The notes under the pieces: generated by a model
Told to the model about the DNA's origin: nothing
Seen by the model: only the letters and a program-made list of their open reading frames with translations
Database searches by the model: none
Assembly: GCA_040437565.1 (NCBI GenBank)
Contig: JBDOQK010000003.1
Span: forward strand, 248,001 to 312,000
Direction of reading: 5' to 3'
Source: Albugo candida
Lineage: Eukaryota
DNA length: 64,000 nucleotides
Translations under genes and position numbers: made by a program
Shown here: positions 1 to 12,656 of the stretch, piece by piece
Layout: each line of letters begins with the position of its first letter
Position numbering within the stretch: the first letter of the stretch is position 1

Positions 1-172
1 GATCCAATTAGCTCATTGAGTTTATCATCACTATTATTGAGCCGTGAGTAAGCGTATAGAAACACTGGATAGAGCGCTACAGCACCTCATTTTCCAGTCC
101 AAGAAACGCTGATCCTATTTGATGAATTATTTAGGATTTGGCACACTAAATCACTGCTTTCGATTATGGTAA

Positions 173-1263
173 TTATCGCCCTTCTTGGTATGGAATGAAG
201 CCAACAATGTGTTCTAAATCCTTCAGCTGTTCCTTGACATGATTCATAGTGGATTCAGTGTCATTCCCTTGAAAGCGTAATAGAACGCCACACTTTCCTA
301 GCGGACTAGCGCTAGTAAGGACATTCGGTTGTGTGTACGTTTGTTCGCATTGATTCATCGGTCGTTGCAACGAATAGCTCACTTGTTTTCGGCTGTGCTG
401 CTGTAATAGAGATTCCGTCATGGATGAAAATTGGGGACCAACTACAATTAGATATCCGATAATATGCGTTGTTGCCATTTGGCTCTTCAGTGATATCATT
501 TCGTCATCTGCAGTTAGCAAATGAATTGGATTTGATGCAGAAAATCTATAGAAAAAGACCGACCTGCCAATCTTGTACGATCAATTAATAGCGGTTCACC
601 ATCGATATAAATCTCTGTTCTGGTATCGTACAATTCAAAAGCCCATTGCTCATAATGCTCTTCACGAGTCGAAAAGACTTGGCCTGTGGATAGAAAACTA
701 CGCTTGCGTCCACTTATGAGCCAATCGACAACAATCAAACTAGAGGAAGGGGTCATTCGGAATGCTTGTTTCTGTTCAAATCGTGCGCCTTGAAAGCAAG
801 CTATTGGATCCGGAATGAATACGAGCATAGCATGTTGACCAATTGTAGCGCTTGTGATCTGTATCGACTTGGACGACGTCGCAGCGCTCTTTGATCGAAA
901 TACTTTTGTGGTCGCTTGAGTGCACAGCACAACTAGATGCAAGAACGCTCAAATTCTATCAATGGCGAATGCATACACTTTGACGCACACCAGAGCATTT
1001 TTCTTGGATGCTGCAATCAATCCGCACGCAATCACCACTGACAAGTCCTCCACCATAACCTAACATGTACTGAGGAGAAATGCTATAATTTCGAGTTAGA
1101 TCGCATTGCAATCACAAACCGTTAAGACTGCGTCATAATTGCGTCGGATGGGCCCTTGAGGATGAATGAATTTGAGTGGGTACGTCGCATACGAGTATGT
1201 CACGTTCGTTTTCCCCTCAATCTGCTCGTAAGAAAGCTTTCCTGTTACAGGTGCATGTGTCAT
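173..1263 (-). CDS. ureD: Urease accessory protein UreD (multi-exon)
   Basis: Spliced ORFs give YATYPLKF, YMLGYGGGLVSGD (unlisted exon near 990-1070), LCTQATTKVF, PDPIACF..ARFEQKQ and VVDWLISGR, all eukaryotic UreD motifs. ATG at 1263. Confidence 0.9.
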
Positions 1264-2207
1264 GGCGGCAAGTCGTTTTGTATAGTATAATTTATAAGTC
1301 AACAGGAGAAACTTTTGTGGTTGATACAGGATCAAACCAGTATTCGAATGTACACGTGACCAACGAAATTTGTTGTCTAGCGACCACTCCTATCTGAGCT
1401 CTTTACATACGGTCATCTACCAAAGATTGAGACATTAGTACTTTTATACATACTTTCCTTTACTCCAACTAATCACTTAGGAACAAGGCGCTTGGTAATT
1501 TATACATTGTAAACACGATTATAATAGCATCGTGTCAATATACTTAAGATCTCTCAGAGACTCGCTTCAATGCTAGCTGATACGGCAAGCCATAGAATTG
1601 AGCTTTACCGGTCATCACGCAACGCGTGGTGGATAGCTCCTGACTGCAATAAAACCACATACTTCTTGCAGTTGACCACATACTCCTTGCAGTATGAATA
1701 TCGATGAACTGGAAGGGTATGATACATGTATCAGCGCCCAAGGAGTACCAGCAATGTGGTGTACTTGAGCCAGACAAGGGTCCTGTTTCCGGCACATTCG
1801 ACCATCGTAAATATAGATGAGGGAACGCTTGCTTGGAATAAATCTTGCATGAGATTTCCAAAATATTGAAAACGCGGAATCCATTACCAAGTGACGGTAA
1901 TTTATATGCCTGGCGCCATTTGATAATTGAGAGTGATCGATGAAAAATCCATTTCTAACGGCACAGAACATTGCTCTTCTAAAACCATGACGGGACATTG
2001 TCTGCCGTGAGCGATAATTTCCATCTGATAGACATTTCGCCAGCAACTGCCATAATTAAGGTCATGAGGTAATGGATATGCTAATAGATCCACCGGCGAT
2101 ACAAGTCAGGGTATGATCCACAGACAAGCATTATCTAGAATACTTCCTCAACGTGATGTCCATGAGACGATTACGATGCCAGCCTTAATTCAAACTTTAC
2201 ATCGCGT

Positions 2208-2906
2208 TCACGTGTGAGGATTTAAGGCCATAGATTTGCGTATATCAGCGAGATCTTGCTGCACGTCTACAAAGCTATTTTCCTCCTGAAGTGGTGTGAA
2301 TACATATTCCATACTCAACAGCGCTTCCAAATTTTTCCTCTCCTTTTGTTCGTATTGCTCGGATCTGAATGATATCGACTCTTCTAATTGTTCGAGCATT
2401 GGTTTTGACTCTTCTTCGCCGTAAATACCAATCATTGGATCATTGTTAAACGGTGCGAAATACGCCTCATGAGCAGTTTTAACACTATCAGAGCTCGCAC
2501 TGACATTCTGGGATACTTCTGTACTCGTATCAATGTTATTCTGCATAGACTTGGATAACGTCATCGTACTCGTTCCACCCGTTTGCCTCTTTGTGCGCCT
2601 TCGATCGAGAACGGAGACACCATCACGTGCCTGTTGGAGCCCCTCGATTTCTCTCATAATTTTATTCTTCATCTTTTCTTTGTGCTGCGCGCATTTCGAA
2701 TTATAGGCACGTTGTGTTTGTTCGCACTCGTATTGATACAAATGACGTGCGACTTCCATCCCCCGCTTAAATTTCTCAAAAGCGTGTATAACGGCTTTTT
2801 GTCGGGTAAACAAAATTTGATCATACCCAAATATGAACCCCTCATCCGTTTCTTCTTCGATGCCTCGGCATTTCTCTCTCAGTTGGCAAATATCGTCGGC
2901 ACTCAT
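2208..2906 (-). CDS. Sds3/BRMS1-like coiled-coil protein (Sin3-HDAC subunit-like)
   Basis: Single ORF. The N-terminal helical region (..YQYECEQTQRAYNSKCAQHKEKMKNKIMREIEGLQQARD) and C-terminal DVQQDLADIR resemble the Sds3-like family. First ATG at 2906. Confidence 0.55.
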   Translation of the reverse strand: MSADDICQLREKCRGIEEETDEGFIFGYDQILFTRQKAVIHAFEKFKRGMEVARHLYQYECEQTQRAYNSKCAQHKEKMKNKIMREIEGLQQARDGVSVLDRRRTKRQTGGTSTMTLSKSMQNNIDTSTEVSQNVSASSDSVKTAHEAYFAPFNNDPMIGIYGEEESKPMLEQLEESISFRSEQYEQKERKNLEALLSMEYVFTPLQEENSFVDVQQDLADIRKSMALNPHT

Positions 2907-3009
2907 TTCATGTAATTTTGTAGTTGTCTGACGCACTTCTCGTTAAAGTACGACAATAATATCGGAATTAAGCGAATCAACGCAACAGTTTCTTTCTATT
3001 GTTCTAATC

Positions 3010-3676
3010 CTAGAAAATTCGAATTGGACGCACGCGACGAAAAGTAAGATACACTGGTGATGCGGCTTGTGATAGCATTCGGATATTAGTTTCGAATGAG
3101 GATGAAATGATGCATTTCTTATTGATAGCAACTAATTTGTCGCCGACGGAAATGCACCGTGCTGCTACCGCTGGACTCTCCGTATTGTCATCGAAATCTA
3201 CAAAGCCACCAACGACCAAGTCGCCGCCTTAAATTGAAAGCACGTGAGAGATCCATGGCGAATGAATATTACGAGCACTTACAATACATCCGTAATGACA
3301 TTCCAAGCCCTTCTCGACGTTTTGGTACCACAACATCGTACACATGATCCGTCTGTAAAGGTGTCAGTAATTCGTTCATTGCCGACGCGATAAAGTCTGG
3401 ACGTAGTGATGGTTCCGTAAGAGTGGTTCCGAGTATGATCGCCGCAGCCACTGGCTCTGGAATAAAGTGTCCATACAGTATCAGCATTTCCAGAACTTCA
3501 TCAGGCATGTTGATGTTCCCACCACACTGAGTACATTTGCTTTCCATGACGCGTCGAAGGGACATATCGTAACCATTAATCTGTATCACTATAAGGCATC
3601 GTTCGCAGCATGCTAGAAGTCGAACGGCTTTTTGAGACATAATTGTGGAATCGCCAGGAATCAATTCAAACGACAT
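3010..3676 (-). CDS. PDZ-domain protein with N-terminal CxxC..CxxC pair (2 exons)
   Basis: YDVVVPKRREGLGMSL joined to VVGGF..SPAVAARCISVGDKLVAIN..LTFRR is a PDZ fold. CERC and CTQC lie upstream. Confidence 0.75.
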
Positions 3677-3748
3677 TTTTGTCAAGAATGCAGATCAGTC
3701 ACACTTTCTACCAATAGTTTTCAATACACAATTACATTGGTTAATATT

Positions 3749-4430
3749 CTAACCCTTCGCCTGACTGAATTCCTCCAACAAACGCATCATTGGAATGCCG
3801 CTTCCGAACTGAAAGCTTGTGTCTGTAATCTCAATTCGCTCACGCATTTTTTCCAGGGTTTCTTTCAGCATATCACTGAATTCATGAGCCATATCGTTCA
3901 TTTTACCCTTGAGCTCTTCAATCTCTCCATTTCTAAGCGCAATAATAGCATCTTTTTCCCTTTCCATTGCTTCAAATGTGGCACGCGCGCCTTCTACAAT
4001 ATAAATATTACAGCCTATACCGCTAACAATTTCAATAATTACCTAATTGATCTTGAAGGTCAGCTTTTGCCTTTTCCAATGCGCCCACGCGATGCAACAG
4101 CTCTTCCTGCATGCTTTTATATTGTCGAGTCATATCCTGCGCGATTCCAAACGAATCCTCCCTCTCCTTCTCAAATCCAAGCTGTAAATCCGCAACACGC
4201 GCTTGTAATTCGCGTTTCGCTTCCACCGCTTTCACAGTGATCTCATGCCGCTCTGCAAGTTGCATTTGCAACGATCGATTCGCACACACCAGTAATTTCG
4301 CCTGTTCTTCCGGCGCTAATGTTCCATTACTGTCTGCAGAGAGAGAACACGTCACAACTCTTTACGGCAAACGTATAACGCACTCACCGCCTTTTTCTTT
4401 CGGCTTTTTCGCCACTTTTTTGGGACCCAT
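3749..4430 (-). CDS. CCDC153: Dynein regulatory complex subunit DRC12/CCDC153-like (3 exons)
   Basis: MGPKKVAKKPKEKG start, DMTRQYKSMQEEL motif, and a final exon EKDAIIA..EIEELKGKMNDMAHEFSDMLKETL. Confidence 0.8.
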
Positions 4431-4449
4431 TTCACTCAAACACTTAAAA

Positions 4450-7400
4450 TTAGATTTTGGTTTTGATTTGACGTTTGGCTTTTCCGAGCTCGCACTTGTT
4501 CACTTTGTGCGCAAAGCGCAGGGAGCATAGCGTCTCCTGCACGGAATCGATTGTTGGAGATAAATTGACCATCATGAGCGTCTTCCCGTCTCCAGCCAGG
4601 CAATTTTGAAGGAGATATGTGAGTTTGGAGTCCCGAAATGGAATCTGACGATAAGATGAAGCAGTGAGTTGAGACATTGATAACAGGCATGCAATGTGGA
4701 TTCATACATGAGGTGATTTACTGGCTATGGCCGAGAAGACATTGGTCAAGGAGCTGAGACTCTTATTGATCGCTTGCGTTTCTTTCAGCCGGGTACCCGA
4801 TGCATTTGAGCGCGATAAACGCTCGCTTCCAGCCAAATCAACTAAATGGAGTCGACCATCCAAAGTGATTTTTCTGGAGCTTTGAATGCCATGCAAATAC
4901 ACCGTAAATATGCAATGGGATCTGGAGGATTGAGTATTCATATCGGTTTTTGCAACACTTCGCGCACGACTCGCTCTTTCGATCAGTGATTCCACTTGAT
5001 GGGAAGCTGTGACGGCTTCAAGGGTGAGTTCTGGAACGCTAAAGCTTCCATGAGTGTCTTTTCGGATGGAGAATTTCTTGGATCCGTTTTTGGATGAATC
5101 CAACAGATCCCTGATTGTCTCGTTATATATCTCCATGAACGAGACTTTGGTTGTGTAGGTCCATCCTTCCGCTCGCAACCGATCGCATTCATCAAGTATT
5201 TTGTCGATGGAGCGCGGGATGATGCCTCTCATTTGCCCATTTCCACTGCCAAGCATCTAAATGAAGAGAAAATCAACCCAGATAAACATTTGGACCCTTG
5301 AAATACTCATGATGTACCGTGTGCGTCTTGCCCGAACCAGTCTGACCATAGGAGAACAAACACACGTGATAGCCATCCAGCGATGATTGTACAAATTCCG
5401 ACACGTGGGCAAAAACCGAGTCTTGTCCAACAGATGGTGAAAATACTTTATCGAATCTGAATTCGTATGAATTAAAGTTATCACCACTTTGAGGTTTCAG
5501 AGGTCGTCGAAGCGTCAATGATTCCCCATCGCCATGATGTGAAATCACAACAGTAGATGCAGCCTGAGAATTCTCCACTGGAAGAAATGGTCTCGTGCGT
5601 ACGTACACTCGTACATTCCCTCGAAGTTCTTGGATCAGGTTGTGCAGAGATCGCCGAAGTTTTTCTCCATTCCGAATTTTTTCTTGCAAATCCACGATCA
5701 CCGCATCTTTGTCAGCAAGTGTTTGGCAGCCTTGAGTTGAAAGTTCACGCAAGCGTAGTCGAAGTACTTCTGCTTCTCTTCTCACTATACACAATTCCTC
5801 CAGGTCGGCATCTTGAACGTGTGTGGCTCGATTACGCAAAGATTGGACTTCGCTTTCCAAACTCACTTTTGCTTCTCGTAAACTCTCGACTTCTTCCGTT
5901 GCAAGAGCCTTTTCTTCTCGGATGCGGCTATCAACAGATGCGAGAAGTTCTTCATACAATTTCTGCAAATTGGCTCGATTTAATTCGACTTGCTTCATTT
6001 CGGCTTTGACGGCTTCCATTTGAGCGTTTACCGCCACCTGTTCCGTACGCATTTCTCGTAACTGACTTTGCAAGGATTCACAGACAGCAGCATTCATATC
6101 AACAAGCCGTATGCTTTCATGATACTTTGTCTCCATTTCTTTGCGTTTTTTGTCATTGTCATCAGCGAGGCCCAGCGCTTCATCTTTGATTTGGATTGCG
6201 TCCTACAAAAGCATCGCGTGATACTTGGGAAGCCTCATTGTATGAAATCGGCTCACCTCAACAGCTCGTTCATGTCCTTTGATTTGACTCTGTAATTGCA
6301 ATCCATTTTGCGTGAGTTTCGCTACTTCTTCCGTCAAAGTTGAATTCCTTGCTCTCAGCTCTTCATTTTCAGCCTGAAGCTTGGCGTTCGCTGTTGATGC
6401 GAACTTTTGCGTCTCCGTTAAGCTTTGTATCACGTCTTTCATTTCTTCACTTTTCTGCTTCAATTTCAATTTCCATTCATTTGCTTCCTCTGATACGCTT
6501 TTCAATCGCTCATCAAGCGATTGTTGCAGTGTTTTTACAGCGCACAAGTCGAGTTCTGCTTGAGCTCTTCTTTCCCGCTCACATTTAATGCTTTCTTCAG
6601 CAATGGAAGCTTGATGCTTGGAACTCTCGACTTCTATTTTCAAAATCGCATTCTTCCGCAGTAATTCGTCTACGCGCTTTCTGAGGTTTTCTACCTCGAC
6701 GGATTTTCTGCAATAGCGATTCAGAGGTAACAATGCGGACATTGAAAAGGTATACACTCACTTTTTCTCCTCAGCTTGATCAAATTTCTCGTAGAATTGC
6801 TGCATTTCTTTGTTTTTTTCTGCACGCAAAAAGTCTCTATCGGAAAGTGTGATTTCGAGGCTTTTGAGGTGCAGTCGAAGTTTCTCGCATTCATGATCGC
6901 ATGTTTGCATTTTCGTCTGCAAAAGCTGATTGCTGATTTTCAACTCCTTCTTTTCTTGTTCACTTTTCTTGATACAGGAGTCATACTTTTCAAGCTTTGC
7001 CTCATATTCAGCGACTCTGATTAAGCTGAGCTTTTGCCGGTTTTCATACTCTTGCAGATTTTTCGTGAGCGTAACTGTACGTTCATTCGCATCAATAATT
7101 TCCTTCTCCATCTCGACCAGTCGATGCGTTGATGAAGCCTGCTCTTTCATCAATTTGGAGTTGAGTAGCCTATTCACATTCTCAAAGACGTGGCAGTAAG
7201 TCTTCAATGCTGTTCTCAACTCTCCGATAAGCTTGATCTGTTCCTCTGCGCGTGGCTGTCTGCTATATCGGCTTGTTTTGAGGCGAGTTTTTAGCAGCAT
7301 CGTCATCTTTTCCGTCCATTCTGACCCCAGCGTTTCGTCCAATATATCTCGAATTTGCATTGTGACACATTTCCTCCCTTTCGTGCCTTCCGCTTTGACC

Positions 7401-7810
7401 GCTTCTTCGTTTCCGTTGGATACCATCAATTTTCCCATTGCGTTGTCCTCTCTATTATATCGTGTGTAGTCATTTCTTATGTTGGCTGCTTTTGTATATT
7501 TGATTATTGGCGTTGGTTGTGCGACGCTTTTTATGCTTTTATTCGATGCAGTGAGCGTTTGTGCTCGTTTTGATACAGAATACGTTTCTGACGTATCGCT
7601 TACGAGCTCTCTATTGGCATTTATATCAAAATAGCGTTTCTTCATACTTTCGCTTAACGCAATGCGATGAAATCCGAAACGAAAGCGATCTTCAGACTTT
7701 TGCAATGCATCCGTTTCTCTACTGTCCAATTTACATACTTTAGACGTACTGTCTGTACTTTCCAATAGGGCATTATGCGATCTCTTTGTATTTTCTAGCC
7801 TACGTTTCAT
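4450..7810 (-). CDS. Kinesin-14 (C-terminal motor, KIFC1/Kar3-type), multi-exon
   Basis: N-terminal coiled coil, neck [22 protein letters not shown]-loop [20 protein letters not shown] and IPFRDSKLT at the C-terminus. Confidence 0.95.
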
Positions 7811-7959
7811 TAGATTTAAACGGGTGTTTTAGCGCTGATGGAGTTCGAGACGCATTCACTCGCTTGAGCGGAAGCAATTGCATTGGTTGAATATATAATG
7901 GATTCAAATGATCGATTGGACAAATTGCGCACCTAGAGAGTAATATGCACCAATAAAAC

Positions 7960-9276
7960 CTACACAAGATCCCATCGCCAGACAACGGAATCATCAGCAC
8001 ATGCAATCATTGTGTTTCCTTTGCGGCTAAAACACGTCTGTCGTATCGTACTTTTACATCGAGAGTGACTCAATTTACAGAGAGGACGTTCTGATTCTGA
8101 ATCCACGTCAAAGATACTGATAACGCCTTTTTTATTGCCTACAGCCAGCATTTCCAATTGTGTGTCGAGTCCAAACTTTAGAAACCATAATTCGGCGTCT
8201 TTATGCTGGAATTCTCGTAAAATCGTCACAGAGTCTTTACCACGCGACGGATTCGGTTTCCAAAATATCACTTTGTTTTCTGTCGATTTCGAAAGAATCA
8301 AATCGCCGATCAGACGCACACAGTCGACGTAGTCGGCGTGTATTCGACTCGTTGCAAAGGCTGGGAATTGTATCAGTTTTGTGTCAAAGGGACGATCCTT
8401 TGGGCGTGGCTCCTTGTAAGATCTTTCGATGGCATCTTGGACAACAGAATCTTCAAGATCCCAAATCTTTATCGTGTTATCCATTCCTGAAGATACGAAA
8501 CAAGCGCCAGTTAAATGGACATCCAAACTTAAGACTTCATCGCGGTGACCCAAATGTCCGGCAAATATAGACACACAAACTCCAGTAAGTGTATTCCACA
8601 GCCGAATTGATTCATCTTTGCTGGCTGACAATAATAAACTGGGGTCGACTGGATGGAATTTGAGCTCGTTCACAGAATTTCCATGGCCAGATAAAACAAC
8701 TATGATCGATTGAGTTACACAATCCAGTACTTTGATGTGTCCTCGATATCCTGCTGCTGCAAGAAGTGGAGACCCACCTAACATGTCAATTGTCCAAGCT
8801 ATTGTGAAGAACTGCTCTTCTTGATCTCCATCACAGTATACTTGTAACACATCTAATCCACCATCTGGTAGGCATTCATACACGGTGATCTATAAACAAG
8901 AACACACATACTCCAATGTGAGAAACAAGCCATCACATTGCAGTGAATTTAACGCACACGATTGCCTCCGGCAGCTGCGAAAACTTGATCATACATTTCA
9001 GCGACATGGCAAAAGCTCACACAATAAAGCGCTTTTCCATGATCTTCTTTCACATACGCTAATGGTACCGTAAAACACCAGTTATTTTCAGTGTCATTTC
9101 TCGCAAAATCCCACCGACTTACACGTAAATTTGTACGGCTTCTTACGTACAGTCGGATTATTCGAGCAAGAAGCCTTTTTATGAGCACAATCACCGTTCA
9201 AAGACGGCGTATTTTCTGATATATGTGAAGACTCGATGCAAGACATCGGCACTTGCTGCTGTCCATGGTCAGTCAT
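7960..9276 (-). CDS. EED: Polycomb PRC2 WD40 subunit EED/ESC/FIE
   Basis: KEDHGKALYCVSF, FAAAGGNRV, GHGNSVNELKFHP, LLSASKDESIRLWN, GHRDEVLS, IHADYVDCV, LILSKS and LWFLKF. The start at 9276 is inferred. Confidence 0.93.
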
Positions 9277-9330
9277 ACCAAGTTTTGATTGGATAATACT
9301 ATTCCTGTTGAATAGTGTGGTCCCCACTAC

Positions 9331-12300
9331 TCAAGTCATCCATTCAAAAAAAGCGCATTGCCGCGTTGTTTCCGTCTGACCGCATTTGTAGTACTTCCGC
9401 CCTCGATTTCGTCCAGACTGACACGTTTGCTCACGCGCTTGTTCCTTACAAATACATACTTTCTCACCCGTTCCTTTCATTTCATCAATCCATCCGTTAA
9501 ACCCACAGCTCTGATTGGGAGGCAGACTGCACGCATTAAAAGACCGATTCTCATTGGGTCCGCTTTTACGACAAACACGCAACACACAGGGAATTCGATG
9601 CTGACGACACAGAGGCGTCGAGGGAGAAACATTTTCTTGATCGATTTGCGAGTGCGACGTCAAATTGACGTTTTCCTTCCATTCGAAAAAACCGCAATTG
9701 TCGACGGGAGGACGACCACATGTGTAAAATTGCCGACCGACGTTGGGTCCATTTTTCTTCACAGTTCTTTCAACGCAATTTTCTCCGTGTCCTGCGCACT
9801 TGATACCGTTTGAAATAATCGTTGCAGCTGAATCTTTCCATTCAAAGAAATCGCATTGGTCGGATGCTCCGCATACATAAAAGAATCGATCTTTATTGGG
9901 TCCCTCACGACGTACTTGGCGCAAGACTGCAGGAATGTGATGAGTTGGGCATTGAGGGACACTAACTGTCGGTGAAGCGCGTGAGGACGCATCGTTAGTT
10001 ATTTCTGGTGATGATCTTGGAAGCGCTTGAGTTCTAGAGAGAGGACAGCTTGTGGCTGTACAACGATCGCATGGTGTTGTGAGGGCATCCAACGCCTCAA
10101 TATCGATACATGTGGGATTTGCAGGTTGTTCGGCCGGTTGGAAGCATTTTGGACACAAAAGGCTTTTGTTACCAGAAGCCTTGACAATCTCTATGACCTG
10201 AAAATTGCATATTGGACATTTGTGATTGTAGTCGGAAACTCGTTGGACTGCAGGAAGGAAATAACTTTGACAGCAAGTGTGGCAAGTCAGCTGAGGTAAT
10301 CGACCCTGGACTTGCTGGAAGATCATTTTGCTTCCACACATTCCACATGAGCTCAAGGATGTGGGCTCAGTACTGACACCATTTCTCAGATTTGACTCAG
10401 TTTGGTGGAATACTTGCGTGAAAGCCTGATCAAACACGCTAGCGCTCTGCTGAATACTTGAGAATATTGCTTTCATCTACGATGGAATTCATCAGATCGG
10501 GAATGGACATGTGACGAAAATACTCAACTTGCTCCATACAGGTCTCGATAGCAATTTTGGGATCTTTACATCCACTCGATATTGCTTTGCAGTCGGCTTC
10601 CATCTGAGACTCGCATGGTGAGAAAATGACAGATATAAATGAAGCCTCAAGCGTACTCACCGCCGCACGGAGCCTGGGCTTGGCCAAATCGAATCCCATT
10701 TGCTCGTATGCTTGGACCAGTGCCAATCCAAGTTGAGTTGGTTTGAAGTGCATATTACCATTGACTTTGACAGCATACTCTCTTTTCAAGATTGTTTTGA
10801 TGTGTTCGGCGATCGTGGCATCCGTTCCGATGCCATTTGAGTCCATTTTAGCAATCAAATCTGCTTCCGTGAGTAGCGGTGGAGGCGTGGTCTCACCAGA
10901 TTCCATTCGAATACTTGTTGGAAAGAACTGCTCGTGAAGCGAATAGACCGGAATTGAGGAATTGGACCATTTCTCAAAGCGATAGATATCGAGATAATTA
11001 CGTTCTGTGATCATTAATCCAGACGTTGTGAATTCTTCCGACTTGATTTGCATGGTCACATTTGTTTGGAAGCCTTTGGCATCTTTACTGCAGCAAGCGA
11101 AAAAGTGGAGAACGACCAGCTCGTACACCTTCTTCTCGACCATTTCATTCAACGAATTGAGCTCTGCGGCCTTGGTTGGATGAATCGGTGGATGTGCTTC
11201 ATCGTCCGAAGTACCGTTCCGCGGAAGCTCATATTTATTTCCATGGATTAGCTCCTCGGTCACGTACCTTCCCCAGCTTGAATGGTTCGAATGAAGCTTG
11301 ATGAGATTGACTAAATCGGTTCCTTCTTTGAATTTGCTGGTCTCAGTACGTGGATAGCTGATAAAACCTTTGTTGTAAAGGTGTTCTGCTGCTTTCATCG
11401 TTTCCTCTGATGAGATTCGAAGCCACCTCGAAGCTCGTTTTTGCAATTCCACTGTCGTCAATGGCAACGGCTTACGTTTGCAAGTCGGTTTCTTCTCCAC
11501 GGATGTGATTTTGGCAATTGGATTTTGGACAAGAATCTCATAAATGACCAAACAACATAAGCGATCATACAATCTCTGCCGTTTCCACGTGAATTTAGTA
11601 CTCGCACGCTTGTCCAAAGGCTCCGAAGGAGAATGAACAACGACAATATGGAAAAAGGTTTCTCGCACAAAATTTTCGATCTCGAGATATCGTTCGACAA
11701 CGAATCCAAGCGTTGGAAATTGACACGGTCCATAGCTAATGACGCCTCTGTCTTTCGGAAACTTTTGTTGAAGTCGCATGGTCTGAAATCTCGTAAATGC
11801 CGCTCCAATTCTCAAATCGATTTCTGATCTTGCATCGCATGCTAGTGACAAGTTTTGGTTCAATGTGCCGAGGTTTTGGACAGCATTCTTGATATCGTAT
11901 GGGATCAAAGCGGAGAATTTGGCTCGAAAGATATTAAGACGCGAATTCACATGCTCACAAATGCTTTTCACTTCAAACGCAATGTTCTCACCCTCGCGAT
12001 CACAATCGAGCCATAACACCAGCCACTACATGACGATAGTGTTATCAGCCAATATATTGTGCGCCGGTAAAACCACATCGAACCTGAGCTTTTCGCGCTT
12101 CGATCTGAAGCGTTTTTTCGATTTTTTTCTGATTGGGATCGTTTTTTGTCTGTTTAATAATCGGTGCAGCGAATAGCTCATACGGATCGCAAGAGTGCCA
12201 ACCTCTATGGAGCCACAAATAAGTGCCAAAAGCATTATTCACAGAATGCATTCCAACCGGTAATTCGATGCAAAATTGAGCTCCATCATGTGTCCAATGA

Positions 12301-12525
12301 CGGAAGTAAAAATCATCTGAACACTTTGTTGGCGGATTTCGTACGGGAATTCGAATATCGGATTATATTTGGACTGACCCGCGCGCTGTGGACAGATATT
12401 GAGTAAGAAGAAGACTGTTTTGAATAGAGAAGATGATTACGTACCCTACTGGATGTTCCAGAGGATAGAATAGACGATATTTCCTTCGCAACAGAAGGTT
12501 TTTCAGCGACATTAAGGACGTACAT
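9331..12525 (-). CDS. TOP3A: DNA topoisomerase III alpha with C-terminal zinc ribbons and four zf-GRF repeats
   Basis: VLNVAEKPSVAK (TOPRIM), WLDCDREGENI, ISYGPCQFPTLG, catalytic ISYPRTET, AHPPIHP and GIGTDAT, followed by GRF fingers. Confidence 0.96.
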
Positions 12526-12656
12526 GCCGCTGCTTTTGCGAGCTCAATAAGTTCAGGATGGCGACGTGTGATTGGCTTTATGTTCTCAAAAGCACCAATC
12601 ACTATGCTGTAGCTGAATATAAAGAGTTATGATTGGAGGAATGATATGTCATTTCA
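12526..12656. promoter_or_regulatory. 131-bp bidirectional promoter (TOP3A / TruB) with three CCAAT boxes
   Basis: Divergent ATGs at 12525 and 12657. ATTGG at 12571 and 12632, CCAAT at 12595. Confidence 0.55.

Noticed and set aside
1544-2163. Overlapping minus-strand ORFs and a 21-bp tandem duplication near 1654-1693
   Set aside because: I could not build a consistent spliced model or recognise a domain. Two repeat units are not an array, and this is not CRISPR.
4702-7810. Abutting ORFs in shifting frames suggesting stop read-through or an alternative genetic code
   Set aside because: The junctions I checked are explained by short canonical GT-AG introns under the standard code.
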